From Mustelus asterias (taxonomy: Eukaryota), in assembly GCF_964213995.1 (NCBI RefSeq), contig NW_027590140.1, positions 496,001 to 560,000 on the forward strand: DNA of 64,000 nt, given 5' to 3'. Position 1 is the first letter of the stretch. Every line of letters begins with the position of its first letter. Both the position numbers and the translations under genes were made by a program. The notes under the pieces are model-generated. The model was given only the letters and a program-made list of their open reading frames with translations. It made no database searches and had not been told where the DNA came from. Shown here piece after piece: positions 39,460 through 53,081 of this stretch.

Positions 39460-40520
39460 CTCCGTAACCAACACAGGCAAATACAAAATCAAATCAACTG
39501 TGTGCCAAAATAGTTAACTCTCCTTACAACTTTTCAGACGTAACAAAACACCCATCTTGAAATTGCTTTTCCTTTCCCAACATGGCAGAGCTCAAATCTC
39601 TGTCGGATTCCTATTCTTGAAAATGACCATGAATCGCACAATTACATCCTCTCTCTCTCTGTGCCAAACACAGAAAGTCCGTGCTGCTTTTAACTCTTTA
39701 CTCCCCGCTTTGTTCCAGGATGCTTGAGACCAACCAATTTAACCCGTCTCTCTCTCTCTCACACAAGTGTCTCACAGGAGACCTGTGCTCCTGGGACCTC
39801 TCCCTGCCGGTTCTCTCACATGGCCTTGTCCCTTCCTCTGGAACCCCTCCCTGTGAGTTCCTTGCGCCCGAGCCACCCGCCGTCTGTACACACGGTCTAG
39901 CCACTTGATGCTTCTGTAGCTACATGGCAATTTCAGCTCCGCTGCATAGGAGTGTCCGAGAGTCCATTCCCGGCACCCTATGTTTAAGCATAGCATCTCT
40001 GCAAACTCCCATTCTACTACGCGGCTTTTCGTTCCACTCCATAGGAGATCCGAGAGTCCGTCCCTGGCCCCTCTACGTTAAGTGTGGGCTCTTTACATAC
40101 ACACCACTTTTGCACCTCTCCCCCAGTCCGAGATACTCAACTTACAGCTTACGGCTGCCAGACGCAGAGCACCCTAACTGGTGGTATTTAAACAAAGTAC
40201 TCACCCTCCTTTTGGGAACACGTCCTGCCAGCGGTCACCGGTGAGTACCCTGCTGTTGCAGCGCCAGATTGTAAGAGGATTTTTCTCAGGCATCCCCTGA
40301 GGTGCTCTGTACTTGTTGAACCTCACTCAATACACAGACTGCAAAAGACAGTATATCGTTAAAGAACGAAAATGAATTTATTTGCTAATGCATGCATCAG
40401 GAGAGAGACAGTCAATGAGGGTTGACTGTCCTCTCTGACTTAATATTGCCTGGTTAAATTATTATATTATTCTGAACATTTCAATATCCCGCCGACTCTC
40501 AACAATCAGAGGGCCCAATC
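39460..40520 (-). mobile_element. Possible LTR-element remnant (LTR ~40270-40520, PBS, leader)
   Basis: Minus strand ...cttaca|atc TGGCGCTGCAACAGCAGG resembles an LTR end plus tRNA-Ser-type PBS; AATAAA and TATA-like sequence within the putative LTR. Confidence 0.4.
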
Positions 40521-41078
40521 ACAATATTCAACATTATATCAATGATAGAGCTGTATAAAACGCTAGGTAGGTCACGGTTGGAATTTGCTGTACAGTTCTC
40601 GTCACCACGTTGCAGGAAAGACGTAATAAGTTTCCCAAGCCCCATTCCGGGATAGCTGATATGTTAGACAAAATATAGTAACGGCAACTCTGAGAAAAGT
40701 TTAAAATTGAAGGAGAAACACTGAAATCCGACAGTGTGTCAGGTAAATGTGAGCTAAGAGTCAAATTTACATCCTGTCAATGTGTGGACCGAACTTTACT
40801 GAGGGTTTGAATCTTATCACTATTGCTGTGGCTTCAAATTGTGTAACACGAATATAGTTTATCAGAAAGGCCTGGAACATTCAAAACAGATAAAGCAATT
40901 GATGAGAATTCAAACTGAAATTCATATTAGTTCCGTGCATGGGCCCTTCTGAATTTAATTACATTGTAATAAGAATAATAGGAACAAGTAAAAATACAGC
41001 AGCATAATCCTGCAACAAGATTCTTCAGTAATCTGAAATTCATTGACCTCCCAAACAGAGGCCATTTACCTTACATCA

Positions 41079-41092
41079 CCACCAGAGGGAGC
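41079..41092 (+). promoter_or_regulatory. CTCF-type motif
   Basis: CCACCAGAGGGAGC. Confidence 0.5.
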
Positions 41093-41184
41093 GCCCTCAC
41101 CGTGTTTGTGTGTTCACTGTTTTAGGAGTTGGTTCCATTACACACTGATATAGGGAGACATAAATCAGGAGAATTGGATTCATT

Positions 41185-43450
41185 CAGTGGTTCCCAAAGG
41201 GTGTGCGGTGCGCCACACTGGTGCGGCGAGAGAGGATGGCAAGTGTGGCGGGAAGATTCAAGGACAATCAAAGAAACATTTGAACATGGATAGATATTTT
41301 TCCAAAGTGAGAGCAAGAGCATCAAGTGATGCTGAGGACGGTCCGGGTCCACATTGTGATCCAGAATCGCCGTTCGAACAGGGTGCTGAAGAACAGTCGT
41401 TTAATTCTACACCAGTAGCAGGCCCAAGCAAACCTCCAAAAAAGAAAGTTTGTCGACAATATATGGATAGCTATCTGAGTCTCGGTTTCACATGGACTGG
41501 AGATGAAAACGTACCTCGGCCTATGTGTTTGATCTGTGGTGAGAAGCTTTCCAATTCCAATATGGTCCCAAGCACGATGAAAAGACATCTGTTGTCAAAA
41601 CATGGAAATCTGGCAAACAAGGATGTTCAATATTTTGAAAGGCTTTTGGAACAGAGAAATGCCAACGATCATATTTCGAAAAACGAATGACAGTCTCAGA
41701 TAAGATGCAGATTGTATCTTACCAAGTGACTGAATTGATTGCTCAACAGACAAAACCACATACAATAGCTGAAAATTTGATTCAGCCTGCCTGCAGCTTG
41801 ATTGTGAAAACTTTGTTTGATGATGATGCTGAGCGAGAAGTTATGGAAATTCCTTTGTCTAATAATACAATTCGCAGAAGAATAGTTGATATGTCAGCTA
41901 ATATTGAGAAGCATCTTTCTGAAAGTATGAAGAATTCTAAATTTGCCATTCAAGTTGATGAATCGACTGACATTAGTAGAAAAGCACAGTTGCTTGCCTA
42001 TATCAGATTCATTCACAACGACGAAATAATCACACAGTTTCTATTTTGCAAGGAACTTGAAAAACATATCAGAGGACAAGATATTTTCCAAACCTTGTCT
42101 GAGTATTTGGAAAAAGTTGAGATTTCATGGGATTCTTGTATTGGAATTTGTACGGATGGAGTGCCATGTATGACAGGGAATGTGAGAGGCTTGGTGGCAG
42201 AAAACAGAAAAATCCAGATGGAATATCAACTCACTGTTTTTTACACAGAGAGGCATTAATCACCAAGACTCTTGTAGCTGATTTGAAGTTGGTTCTAGAT
42301 CAGACTGTGCGCATTGTGAACTTCATCAAGGCAAAACCACTCAAGGCGCGGTTATTTACTCAACTCTGCAAAAACATGGAATCAAAATATCAGTGCCTAA
42401 TTCTGCACTCGGAGGTTCGCTGGATGCCCCGCGGAAAAGTTTTAAATTGGGTGTTGGAACTGAAGAACGAATTAAGAGAATTTTTGGAACAAGAAGGGAA
42501 CCCATTGGACCACATTGACAATGAGTGGTGTGCAAAGCTGGCATATTTGGCCGATATCTTTTCCCAGTTGAATGTGCTCAATGCCAGTGTGCAAGGCTGC
42601 GATGACAATATCCTCACAAGTACAGACAAACTAACTGCATTCAAAAAAAAGCTTCAGCTCTGGCACGGAAGAGCGATGCAACATAACCTCGAAATGTTCC
42701 CACTGATCAAAACTTTTAAAATGAGCAATGAATTGTCCGGCCTCATACAGGAACATCTTGCAACACTGGTATAAAAGATTGATCATTACTTCCCACCGTT
42801 GTCTACAGAAAAATTCGACTGGGTTAGAGACCCCTTTGCGAATTCCAGCTGTTCAGGTCTGACATTGGATGAGGAGAAGGATGCCTGCATTGCGAGTGAT
42901 CGCACCTTGAAAATGAAACACGGGAGTATGCCACTGGACTCTTTTTGGATATACAACCAGAAACAGTATCCACGCATCTCTTCAAGAGCATTAGCTATTC
43001 TTCTACAGTTCTCCCCGACATATTGTTGTGAACAGGGATTTTCAGCTCTGACAAATATCAAAGACCAGAAAAGAGAAAGGCTCATTTGCGCTGATTAAGA
43101 GATGAGAGTTTGTTTGTCTCAAATTAGTAAATGAGATTACCCGACAAAAACAAGCTCACACCTCTCATTGAGTTTGTATACTTACATAAGGTTACATATG
43201 TAGGAGGCTCGTCTATAAGTATATTTTGGGAATGAATCATGTTGTTACGTAGCTGCATTGTTTTATACTTTCTGGATGTCCCATGATCATATTATGAAGT
43301 AGTTTTGTTCTATGTTTCGAATCAAGCACTGCTCGGAGTTGTTTTTTCTTCGTTTTTGAATGGATTTCTTATCAATAAAAAATTCGGTGTGGCCTGAGTA
43401 AATTTTTATTCCGAAAGTGCAGCCCAGTGAAAAAGGTTTGGGAACCACTG
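41185..43450 (+). mobile_element. hAT (Buster/Charlie-type) DNA transposon with disrupted transposase
   Basis: Perfect 14-bp TIRs CAGTGGTTCCCAAA (41185-41198, 43437-43450); BED finger CLIC..H..H, VDESTD, CTDG, HCFLHREAL, EVRW, CEQGFS in four broken ORFs from 41286 to ~43170. Confidence 0.95.
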
Positions 43451-43611
43451 CTTTAACTCATGGTTAATCCTGGGTTTCAATTTCATTTTCCCGCTCACCC
43501 TCTTCATTCCCGGTTAATTCAGAAATCTGTCCATACCAGCCTGAAGTGTGTTCAGTGAGGGAGCGAGTCTCATTCCAAATCGCCTGCGAGAAACTCTGGA
43601 GAATGGAAATA

Positions 43612-43880
43612 TGGTTAGTGGTTAGCGTTGCTAGCTCAGAGCGCCCAGGGACCCGGGTCCGATTCCTGGCCTGGTCACTGTCTGTGTAGAGTTTGCATGT
43701 TCTCCCTCTGTCTGCGTGGATTTCCTCCGGGTGCTCCGGTTTCCTTCCACATTCTGAAAGACGTGCTGGTTAGGTGCATTGATCCGAACAGGCGCCGGAC
43801 TGTGGTGACTAGGGAAATTGCACAGTAACTTCACTACGATATTAATGTAAGCCTTACTTGTGGCTAATAAATCATTTAAA
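43612..43880 (+). mobile_element. tRNA-derived SINE
   Basis: Homologous to the copy at 6159. Confidence 0.75.
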
Positions 43881-44440
43881 AAAAAGAATGAGAGGGGATC
43901 TCACTGAATCTTACACAATTATGAGAGGGCTTTAGAGACTCGACACAGGGGTGTGGTTTGCTATGGCTGCCGGGGGCCTGCGGGGACAGTTCTGGAACAA
44001 ATGTTCAGGGTTGCAGGATACGAGGGAGCCACTTAAATCTGCGAATTGGAGAAATATCTTTACTCTGAGGGAGATGAACCTGTGGAATTCTATACCGCAC
44101 GAGTCTCTGGATGCATTGTTTGTGTAGTGGGACTCCAATGAGGTTTCAAATGTGAGAAATTGATGAGTGTTGATGCTGATTTGGGTGTGTTTGTACAAGG
44201 AATGCAGTTCTGTTCCACTTCCGACCAGCTCAGATGTAATGCAGCCGAATGTATCGTATTCATTTGACAGGAGGAACCAGCAGATGCAATAAGTTGCTGG
44301 GGGCAATTGACGGGATTGTGGAAATGAACGATTTTTTCTCGCTCCAGTTCAAACAGGATCAACTATCACTCCTGTTTTCAATGAGGAAGTAATTCCAGGT
44401 CCTCTTCATTCATGTACTACACTCGATCAATACACTTTCA

Positions 44441-44512
44441 TTCCCTGGCCGGGAATCAAACCCGGGCCGCGGTGGTGTGAGCGCTGATTCCGAACCATTG
44501 CACCAACAGGGA
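44441..44512 (-). pseudogene. tRNA-Glu-derived pseudogene (anticodon now CAC)
   Basis: 72-nt match to the vertebrate tRNA-Glu body with many substitutions, including in the T loop. Confidence 0.75.
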
Positions 44513-46419
44513 AGATAACGGTGTCATGTTCAGCCCACCTTTCCACTTCAGCATTTTTTTAAATACACAAGAAATGTTTGTTGACAAAAATCATATCCAG
44601 AAAGAACACCAGTGACTCCTTCAGCCAGTGAAACACTAATCGTTGTTAGCTGGAACAATAAATCGACACTGAAGTGAAATAGTTCCACAGGCTTTTCATG
44701 TGTACCTTTCAACTTTCAAAACCGACCAATCTCGTCATTGCTGATCCTGTGAAACTTAGAGGTAACACACAGAAGATATTCATCACTTCAAACTATCTGC
44801 TTTCCACCTCAGCATTTTGTAGGTTTAAAAGCAACGATCTGCAAAAGTTCATTCTACTGATCATTACCGACTTGCTGTGTATTTTATATTGTGATAAAAC
44901 CTGTCTTTGTAATATAAACAGCAGATGGTAGACATTTTCTGCTGGTTTGGCAGCATCTATGGACACATAAAATTCTAAACACTCCCATGCGTTAGCTGTT
45001 TCTGAATTATAGCGATTATTGCGTTTGCAAAGTGGCAAAATATTTTCAAAACAACTGAGTAATTTCAAATTGGTTTTGTTAAATATTAAAGCATTGCATT
45101 ATCTCACAGCCATAGGACATTTACACTTCGCCATGTCTTGAATGATATTGTACAACTGCAGTCATAGAGAAAGGGATAAAAATTGGGACAAATCTTATTT
45201 TCTGAATCTTTTTTTAGATCAATGATGGCTCAAGATTTCAGTCGAATTATAATTCGCTAAAACAAGGTTCTAAATTGCAATCAAACTGCAGGGTTTGATA
45301 TTCTAGTCCGGTCACATTGGTCATGAGCAGAGTTTCAACCGTGTAAGGTTTATCATTTTCATATCGTACAGGATAGGCTCTTCGATTCGAAACGGGGTCG
45401 AACATGATTGAAATTTACAGCTTAAAAGTTCCCTGATTGTAGTTCGTTGTTGAATGTGAACTGAATATGGATCCACCAAAACATTAATTTGTTCTTCACC
45501 AATTATTGGAAAAAAATGCGCTCAGTAAAATTGCCACTGTCATATTGTTGCATTTCTGCTTTCACTCTCTCACTCACGGTGCAGTTGATGTCGGTCAGAT
45601 GGATTAACCATGGTAGATGTGTGAGGGTAAATGGGTTAGGATGGCGACAAGTGTCTCGGTCAGGCACTCTGGGCTGACATTCTCTGGGTCAGGTGTCAGC
45701 CACTTATGACGGAGGTAAGGAGACATTTCTTCTCCCAAAGGCTTCTGTATCTTTAGAATTCTGCAGCCGCCCAGAGGATCCTCAATCGATGAGGAGATTG
45801 AAGGTTGAGTTGGAGCAATTGTTGGAATCTCAGGGAATGAGGGCCTATTGGGATAAGCTGGGAAATTGGAGGTGAGGTTGTGGATCTGCCTTGTTTGAGT
45901 CATGGAGGTGGCTCAATGGGACATGTGACCCAGTTCTACTTCATTGATTCTGTTCACTGTCAATACCAGATCCGGTACCAATGGCTTCTGCTGGCAGCAT
46001 TGAAGTCTCAGGCATTGAGTTCAGGGTAGTAGCATTGTTTGAGCCGTATCATCGAAGCCCATCACTGTTAAATGTTCAATTAATTAAATTCATGGAGTAC
46101 CTTTGATTTGATTTACTATTGTCACATGCATTAGCATACAGTGAAAAGTATTTTTCTTGCGCACTGCACACACAAAGCATATCGTTCATTGAGAAGGAAA
46201 CGAAAGAGTGCAGAATGTACTGTTACAGTCATAGCTAGGGTGTAGAGAAAGATCAACTTAATACAAGGTCTCGTGCATGTTATCACACGAATTCCATGCA
46301 GTAGAATGTATCGTTATACATCTTAACAGGATGTACCAGCAGACACAATGCAAATATACATTGCTGTGGGCAATTGACGTGTTTGTGGAGCCAGTTTCCT
46401 TACATCGTTGCATCGCAGC

Positions 46420-46485
46420 GTTTCTGGTACTTATTACGTCCGCCGTACAGACGCAAGTTTCCTGTTTCAATCCTGGGCAGAAACG
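46420..46485 (+). pseudogene. Degenerate tRNA-Val pseudogene
   Basis: gtttct...ttattacgtccgcc...ctgggcagaaac, with a D-arm deletion. Confidence 0.5.
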
Positions 46486-47514
46486 TATTTAACAGGAATA
46501 GAAAATGCTGGAATTCTCAGCAGCACTGAAGGCATCTGTGGGGAAACCAACGTTTCAAATCTGGATGACCCTTCATCAGATTTCCTGATTCGACACACTG
46601 GCTCTGTTCTCTCTTCACAGATGCTGCCAGACCTGCTGAGATTTTCCAGTCTTCTTTTTGTGTGTTTCAGGTTCTAGCATCAGCAGTATTTCACCTTTAC
46701 AGAAACATTTCCAAATGTTTTCAATTTCACAGTAACTCAGCTTTCAGAAATAATCACGCATTTGCCACGAATCATTAACTGCCGAGTATTTCCAACATTT
46801 TCTGATGGTAACGTCATGAATCAGCCTGTGAAAAGAACAAACGGGATGGTCTGTGATAGAAAGCAAGGGAGGATGATTAAATGAAACAGGAAGTGATGGA
46901 TAAGGCAACATTTAGCTGGCGATGGTGGAGGCCGGGTGGTCAAGTCGTTCAGAGTCAATCCATTCACCTCCAAGGCCCAGAATTGATGATAAACTGTCAA
47001 CTAAACAGAACATGTTACTTCGCATGTAATCAGTTTCTGGAGGTGAAAGTATCTGGAAGCAAAGGAAGAGTCTATCATTTGCTGCAGAAGGTAGAATGAC
47101 TGTGTGACTGTGTCTGTAGCAACAGTGACCTGGAATGAAGCAATGGAGACAGTAATGATGATCAACGAGATACAAATCTCTGAAATCACGGCAGAGCTGT
47201 GATCAGCTAATGTTGTTCAGCAGAATTCCCACAAGAAGCTACAGAAGACGCAGAGGTTAGGAATGATCTGTCAATGTGGTGAGCTCCAGTGAAATTTAGT
47301 GGGGTAGAATGCATTATTATTCATTTTGACAGGAGGAAGCAGCAAGGGGAATGTAATGAAAAGTTGCCGGGGACAATTGACCGGATTGTGCAAGTGGGTT
47401 TATTTTGTTTCTTCAGGTAGTTCAAACTGGCACAATGATCAATCCTGTTTTCGATCAGGAGGTAATTTCAGCCCCTCCTCAGTCATGTGCTGGTCGGCAG
47501 CAATAAAATAAACA

Positions 47515-47586
47515 TTCCCTGACCGGGAATCGAACCCGGGCCGCGGCGGTGAAAGCGCCAAATCCTAACCACGAGACCACCAGGGA
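47515..47586 (-). tRNA. tRNA-Glu(TTC), nearly intact
   Basis: TCCCTGGTGGTCTCGTGGTTAGGATTTGGCGCTTTCACCGCCGCGGCCCGGGTTCGATTCCCGGTCAGGGAA; conserved A14 changed to C. Confidence 0.8.
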
Positions 47587-48608
47587 AGATGCAAGCGAAC
47601 AGTTTAATCTGACCGATACATTTCAGCGTTTTTCAAATACTCGAGAAAGGTTTGGGGGGAAAAAAAACCTCATGTTTCGATCGAACACGAATGACTGCTT
47701 CAGTCAACAGCAAATTACTGCAGATTCTGGAACTTAAAAGAAAAACTTAAAATGCTCGGAAATCTCAACAGGCATGACGGCATCTCTGGAGAGAGAATAG
47801 AGCTAACATTTCAAATCTGTATGGTCAGTCATCAAAGCTGAAGACAGGAAAAGATGGCGAGATTTATACTTTAAGTGTGGGAGATGCGGGGGGTGAGGGT
47901 GGGAGCCGTTGGTAAGAGTTGACAAAGTTGTGATAGAAAAAAAACAAACGGAATGTAAATTGTCGGCGGGAAAAGCAAAATACTGCGGATGCTGAAATCT
48001 GGAACAAAAACAGAAAATACTGGAACATCTCAGCATCAATGGAGAGAGAAAAAAGCCAACGTTTCGAGTCTGGATGGCGCTTCGCCAGAGGTCTGTGGAT
48101 CCTCAGTTAATGAGGATATTGAAGTTCCAGATGGAGATATTTTTGGAACCTAAGGGAATGAAGGGCCATCATGATAGGGTTGGAAATTGGTGTTGAGTCC
48201 TGGGATTCGTCATAATCTCCTTCAATTGTGGAGGAGACTCCATGGGACATGTGAGCCTATCCCACTCCATTAATTCCATCCCCTGCAGCACCATATCTGA
48301 CAGCGATCACTTCCGCCAGAACCGTTGGTGAGTGTTCTGAGGCATTGAATCCGAGGCAATAGCATTTGTGGGGGAAAGTGATCAAATGCCACAAATTTCA
48401 GGTGTTCAGTTGATCTGTTTTAAACGTCATGAATACTTTTTCTCGAACATGTTATTACGAAACTTTACTACAGTAGGAAGTATCATTATTCATTTTGACA
48501 GGAGGAACACGCAGAGGCAATGTAATATCAATTGCTGTGGGCAAAAGATGGGCTTCTGGAGCCACTCTAGTTGCTCTCCAGCAAACCGGATCTTCTTGCC
48601 ATCTCCGT

Positions 48609-48640
48609 GTTTCTATAGTGCGGTGGTTATCACATGAGCC
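48609..48640 (+). pseudogene. tRNA-Val 5' fragment
   Basis: gtttctatagtgcggtggttatcacatgagcc. Confidence 0.5.
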
Positions 48641-48925
48641 AGGTTAATTCTGTAAATATCTGGTCAGAATGATGGGAAGCATACATTACAGGAATTGTTA
48701 TTGTGTGACACCAGCTGCTTCGTTTTTTTTCAACAGAGGAGTTAAAGAGCAGCTGAAAGATGAAAAACGCTGATGTTGCAGGCACCTGGCACCAGAAGCT
48801 CAGCAATGTGCATTGTAATAGCAGTTAAACTGGCTGACAAATTGCCCTCTTGATTAGTACTTTGTGAGAAATTTAAAAGTAACGCCCTTCAGCAAATCAA
48901 ACATCTGCATTTGGAAATTAAAGCA

Positions 48926-48997
48926 AGGTTCCGTCGAGATTTGAACTCGGATTACTGCATTCAGAGTCCAGAATGCTCACCATTACACCACGGAACC
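48926..48997 (-). tRNA. tRNA-Gln(CTG), possibly a pseudogene
   Basis: GGTTCCGTGGTGTAATGGTGAGCATTCTGGACTCTGAATGCAGTAATCCGAGTTCAAATCTCGACGGAACCT; anticodon-stem mismatch. Confidence 0.75.
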
Positions 48998-49411
48998 CAA
49001 CACATAGCAACCGTTTGAAAATCCTCGCTCAATACTTGCGCCAATTTGAACAGCAGGGAGAAATATCAGTCTCATTGCACAATCCCGTCAATTACCCACA
49101 CCAATTCATATTTACATTGCCCTTGCTGTTCCTCCTTAAAAAAGTCAGAAGGCTATCTTCAACTACATTAAATTTCACTGTAGCTCACCACATTCAAAGA
49201 GCAATGTTATCATCGAACTGATATAAACCTTACTGCGGTAAATCTACTGAACAACATCAGCTTATCACAGCTCTGCTTTCATCACACTGGAAGCTCATGT
49301 GAAAATATAAACAATTTCAAATCTTAAGAGACTGTAAGGAGTCTATGACTGTGGACAATTGGCACTGTGCACATTTCTGTAATCAGTCTCTGGGAGAATC
49401 AGGCAGATGGA

Positions 49412-49480
49412 ATGTTGGTGGTTTCGTGGTAAGGATTCGGCACTTTCAGGGTCGCAGGCTGCCTTCGATATATTAAGATT
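49412..49480 (+). pseudogene. Degenerate tRNA-Glu remnant
   Basis: ggtggtttcgtggtaaggattcggcactttca...ttcgat. Confidence 0.45.
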
Positions 49481-50143
49481 TAATGATTTTTTAAAGAAAC
49501 AAACCAGCAATACGTCCTGGTCCAAAGCAGCACTGCCAGAATCGGTGGTGTGAGATTTGCACTTTTGCTTCGTTTTGGAAATGTCACATGTGCAACAGGT
49601 CAAGAACAAACACAGAGAGTGAAAGACAGTGACATGATGCAAAACGCTGCCGATAGAGTTACAAGGTAAGATCTGGGTGTTAATGGGTCAGATTTAACCA
49701 TTTGCATTGACAGAAATATCACTCATTTCTGGATAACGTTCTCGGGCTAAATGGCAAGAAAACGTCTCCATGAATGGAACACTAAACTCTTTGACTTCGA
49801 CTGATTGCAAGCAGTTTTCATTCAGAAATCCGTAACTGTGAGATTAACAAAGCGGAATGGAGAAAGTCTAAGTTTGAGCGGTGAAATGGAGGAATGGAGA
49901 GCTGGAGTTCGCCCAGAAAAGCAGCAAAGTTTTCAAATAACGGGAACAAATGTTGCCCTTGGCCTTATTCCTTGTGTCAGTGAATCCATCCTGCCTGAGT
50001 CACAATCACAGACTTTCTATATTCCGACATTGAATTATTCCCGCCTTAAATGCCGCAAACAACTCAATAGTTCAATGAATGTTTCATGATAAACGTGAAT
50101 AATTCTGAAATTTGAATCATTTTGAAATAAAGCCATTTTGAAA

Positions 50144-50216
50144 TGTTTCTGCCTGGTTTCAAAACGTGGACTTTCCGCGTGCAAGGCAAGCGTAATAACC
50201 ACTACAGTACAGAAAC
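50144..50216 (-). pseudogene. tRNA-Val-derived pseudogene (anticodon reads TGC)
   Basis: GTTTCTGTACTGTAGTGGTTATTACG...GAAACCAGGCAGAAACA with a broken T arm. Confidence 0.7.
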
Positions 50217-50697
50217 GTGCGCATTTGAAGCAGTTGCGATTTACTGGTTGAGCAACTAATCTCGTCCGACAAGCCCGTCAGTTGCTCACTTTACAGAAAA
50301 GAGAAAATGCTGGAAAATCACATTGGGTCTGGCAGCATCCGTCGGAGAGAAAAGGGCTGACGTTTCGGGTCCAGATGACTCTTTGTCAAAGTTTTGTGTG
50401 ACACATTTGGTTTCAGATTCCAGCATCCGCTGTAATTTGCTTTTATCCAGTTGCTCACTTTACATTCTCGCTGCTGGTCCCTCGAATCAAAATGAATGAT
50501 GATACATACCACTGTATTCAATTTTAGTAATCACATGTTTGACCAAAGCTGATCATAACGTTTATAGTAGTTTAAGTGAAAATCGGACAGTGGGAGAATT
50601 TGATCCCTCTCCTTCATAAACATGTTTATCCTAAATTTAGTGTCTGAGACTTCCCATCAACGACACCAGCAGAAGTCATTGCTGTGAGAGCTGGTAT

Positions 50698-51956
50698 NNN
50701 NNNNNNNNNNNNNNNNNNNNNNNNNNNNNNNNNNNNNNNNNNNNNNNNNNNNNNNNNNNNNNNNNNNNNNNNNNNNNNNNNNNNNNNNNNNNNNNNNNNN
50801 NNNNNNNNNNNNNNNNNNNNNNNNNNNNNNNNNNNNNNNNNCAGAGAGACACACATACGCACNNNNNNNNNNNNNNNNNNNNNNNNNNNNNNNNNNNNNN
50901 NNNNNNNNNNNNNNNNNNNNNNNNNNNNNNNNNNNNNNNNNNNNNNNNNNNNNNNNNNNNNNNNNNNNNNNNNNNNNNNNNNNNNNNNNNNNNNNNNNNN
51001 NNNNNNNNNNNNNNNNNNNGAGAGAGACACACACACGCACAGAGAGAGACACACACACACGCACAGAGAGAGACACACACACACGCACAGAGAGAGAGAC
51101 ACACACACATACACACACAGAGAGAACCACAGAGAGACAGAGAGAGAGAGCGACACACACGCACAGAGAGAGAGAGAGACCGACGAACAGANNNNNNNNN
51201 NNNNNNNNNNNNNNNNNNNNNNNNNNNNNNNNNNNNNNNNNNNNNNNNNNNNNNNNNNNNNNNNNNNNNNNNNNNNNNNNNNNNNNNNNNNNNNNNNNNN
51301 NNNNNNNNNNNNNNNNNNNNNNNNNNNNNNNNNNNNNNNNNNNNNNNNNNNNNNNNNNNNNNNNNNNNNNNNNNNNNNNNNNNNNNNNNNNNNNNNNNNN
51401 NNNNNNNNNNNNNNNNNNNNNNNNNNNNNNNNNNNNNNNNNNNNNNNNNNNNNNNNNNNNNNNNNNNNNNNNNNNNNNNNNNNNNNNNNNNNNNNNNNNN
51501 NNNNNNNNNNNNNNNNNNNNNNNNNGAGAGAGAGAGAGAGCGACACACACACACACACAGACACACACGCACACAGACAGAGAGAGAGAGACACACGCAC
51601 AGAGAGACACACAAACGCATAGAGAGAGTAACACAGACGCACAGAGAGAGCGANNNNNNNNNNNNNNNNNNNNNNNNNNNNNNNNNNNNNNNNNNNNNNN
51701 NNNNNNNNNNNNNNNNNNNNNNNNNNNNNNNNNNNNNNNNNNNNNNNNNNNNNNNNNNNNNNNNNNNNNNNNNNNNNNNNNNNNNNNNNNNGAGACACAT
51801 ACGCACAGAGAGAGAGAGAGAGAGAGAGAGACGTACACAGAGAGAGACACACACACACACGCACAGAGCGAGAGAGAGACAGAAGCACAGAGAGAGAGCG
51901 AGAAAGACACACACACAGAGAGAGACACACACACACGCAAAGAGAGAGACACACAA
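50698..51956. repeat. (GA)n/(CA)n microsatellite with four N gaps
   Basis: Direct inspection. Confidence 0.95.
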
Positions 51957-53081
51957 TGGAGTTGGATTAGATCACATGTCCCATTGAGTCTCCTCCCACT
52001 TTCAATCAAACCCCAGGTCAACAACTGCCTCATTTCAGGAATCAATTCAATTAAATTTGGTACCACCCAGACAGGGAGAGAATAGAAGGAACAAAATCAA
52101 AAGAGGGGAATGGATAGTCGGACTGAGAGAGGGAGGGGACTGAGGCAATCTACAGAGAGAGAAAAGAAAGAGCCAGAGTGGGGGTAGACGCTGAACGGAA
52201 CAGATGCCCTTCACTGTTCCATGTGATTTCAAGAAACAAAAACTTGAAGACATTGGAAAGAGAAAATGCTCTGTCCCTGAAAAATATTCTGGTAATGGTG
52301 CTGAAGAATTGATCTTCAGAATTTGCCATAGCCTTAGCTAAGCTGTTCCTAAACTACAACACTGGCATCAACCGCCAATGCGACAATTTGTCCAAGATTG
52401 TCCCGCTAACAAAAATCAGGTCAAATCCAACACCTCCAATTACCACCAATCTATTCTTGATCATCAGTAATGTGATGGAAGTAGCAATAAACGATGGTAT
52501 AAGGAGGCATTCCAATGCAAACTGGAGGAACATTGCCCTATCTCCCGATTCGGCGCTTAGTGCAAACCAGACTTAACATTGAGTTCAACAACTTGTGAGC
52601 GCCTCCTCTCTTCCATCTTCACCCCATTTCCATTTATTTTGTTTTATTTCATTTTATCTTATTTAATTATTTTTATTATTTTATATCTTCTTTTATATAT
52701 ATACTTATTGTTTAATTTCCATGTTTTGCATTTTTTATTTAAAATCTCACTTTCCATTTTGTTGACCCCTCTCCCTCCACCCCACTCGGGCCGTCTCTTA
52801 CATTTCCTTTTTCCTGCCATTTACACATTCTGATCTCTTAATGGGCAGCCTTCTTAGCCATGATCACAACCAATTACATTCCCTTTGTTTGTTTGTTTTT
52901 TATATGTGACACCACTGTCACCCATACCACAACCATATCCCTCGCCATTTCAGGATAAACCTCGTCCAAACTTATTTGTCTTCAGCTCTGACGAAGGGTC
53001 ATCCAGACTTTGAGCATTCGCTCTATTCTCTCTTCACAGGTGCTTTCAGACCTGTTGAGATTTTCCAGCGTTTTCTGTTCT

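Noticed and set aside
40525-40630. Inverted similarity to 24745-24830, suggesting a second IgM remnant
   Set aside because: Both are CR1 fragments and no Ig exon lies next to the second copy
45332-45403. Very degenerate tRNA-Val-like sequence
   Set aside because: Too diverged to support by eye
50626-52066. 300-470 aa ORFs
   Set aside because: Artefacts of N gaps and dinucleotide repeats
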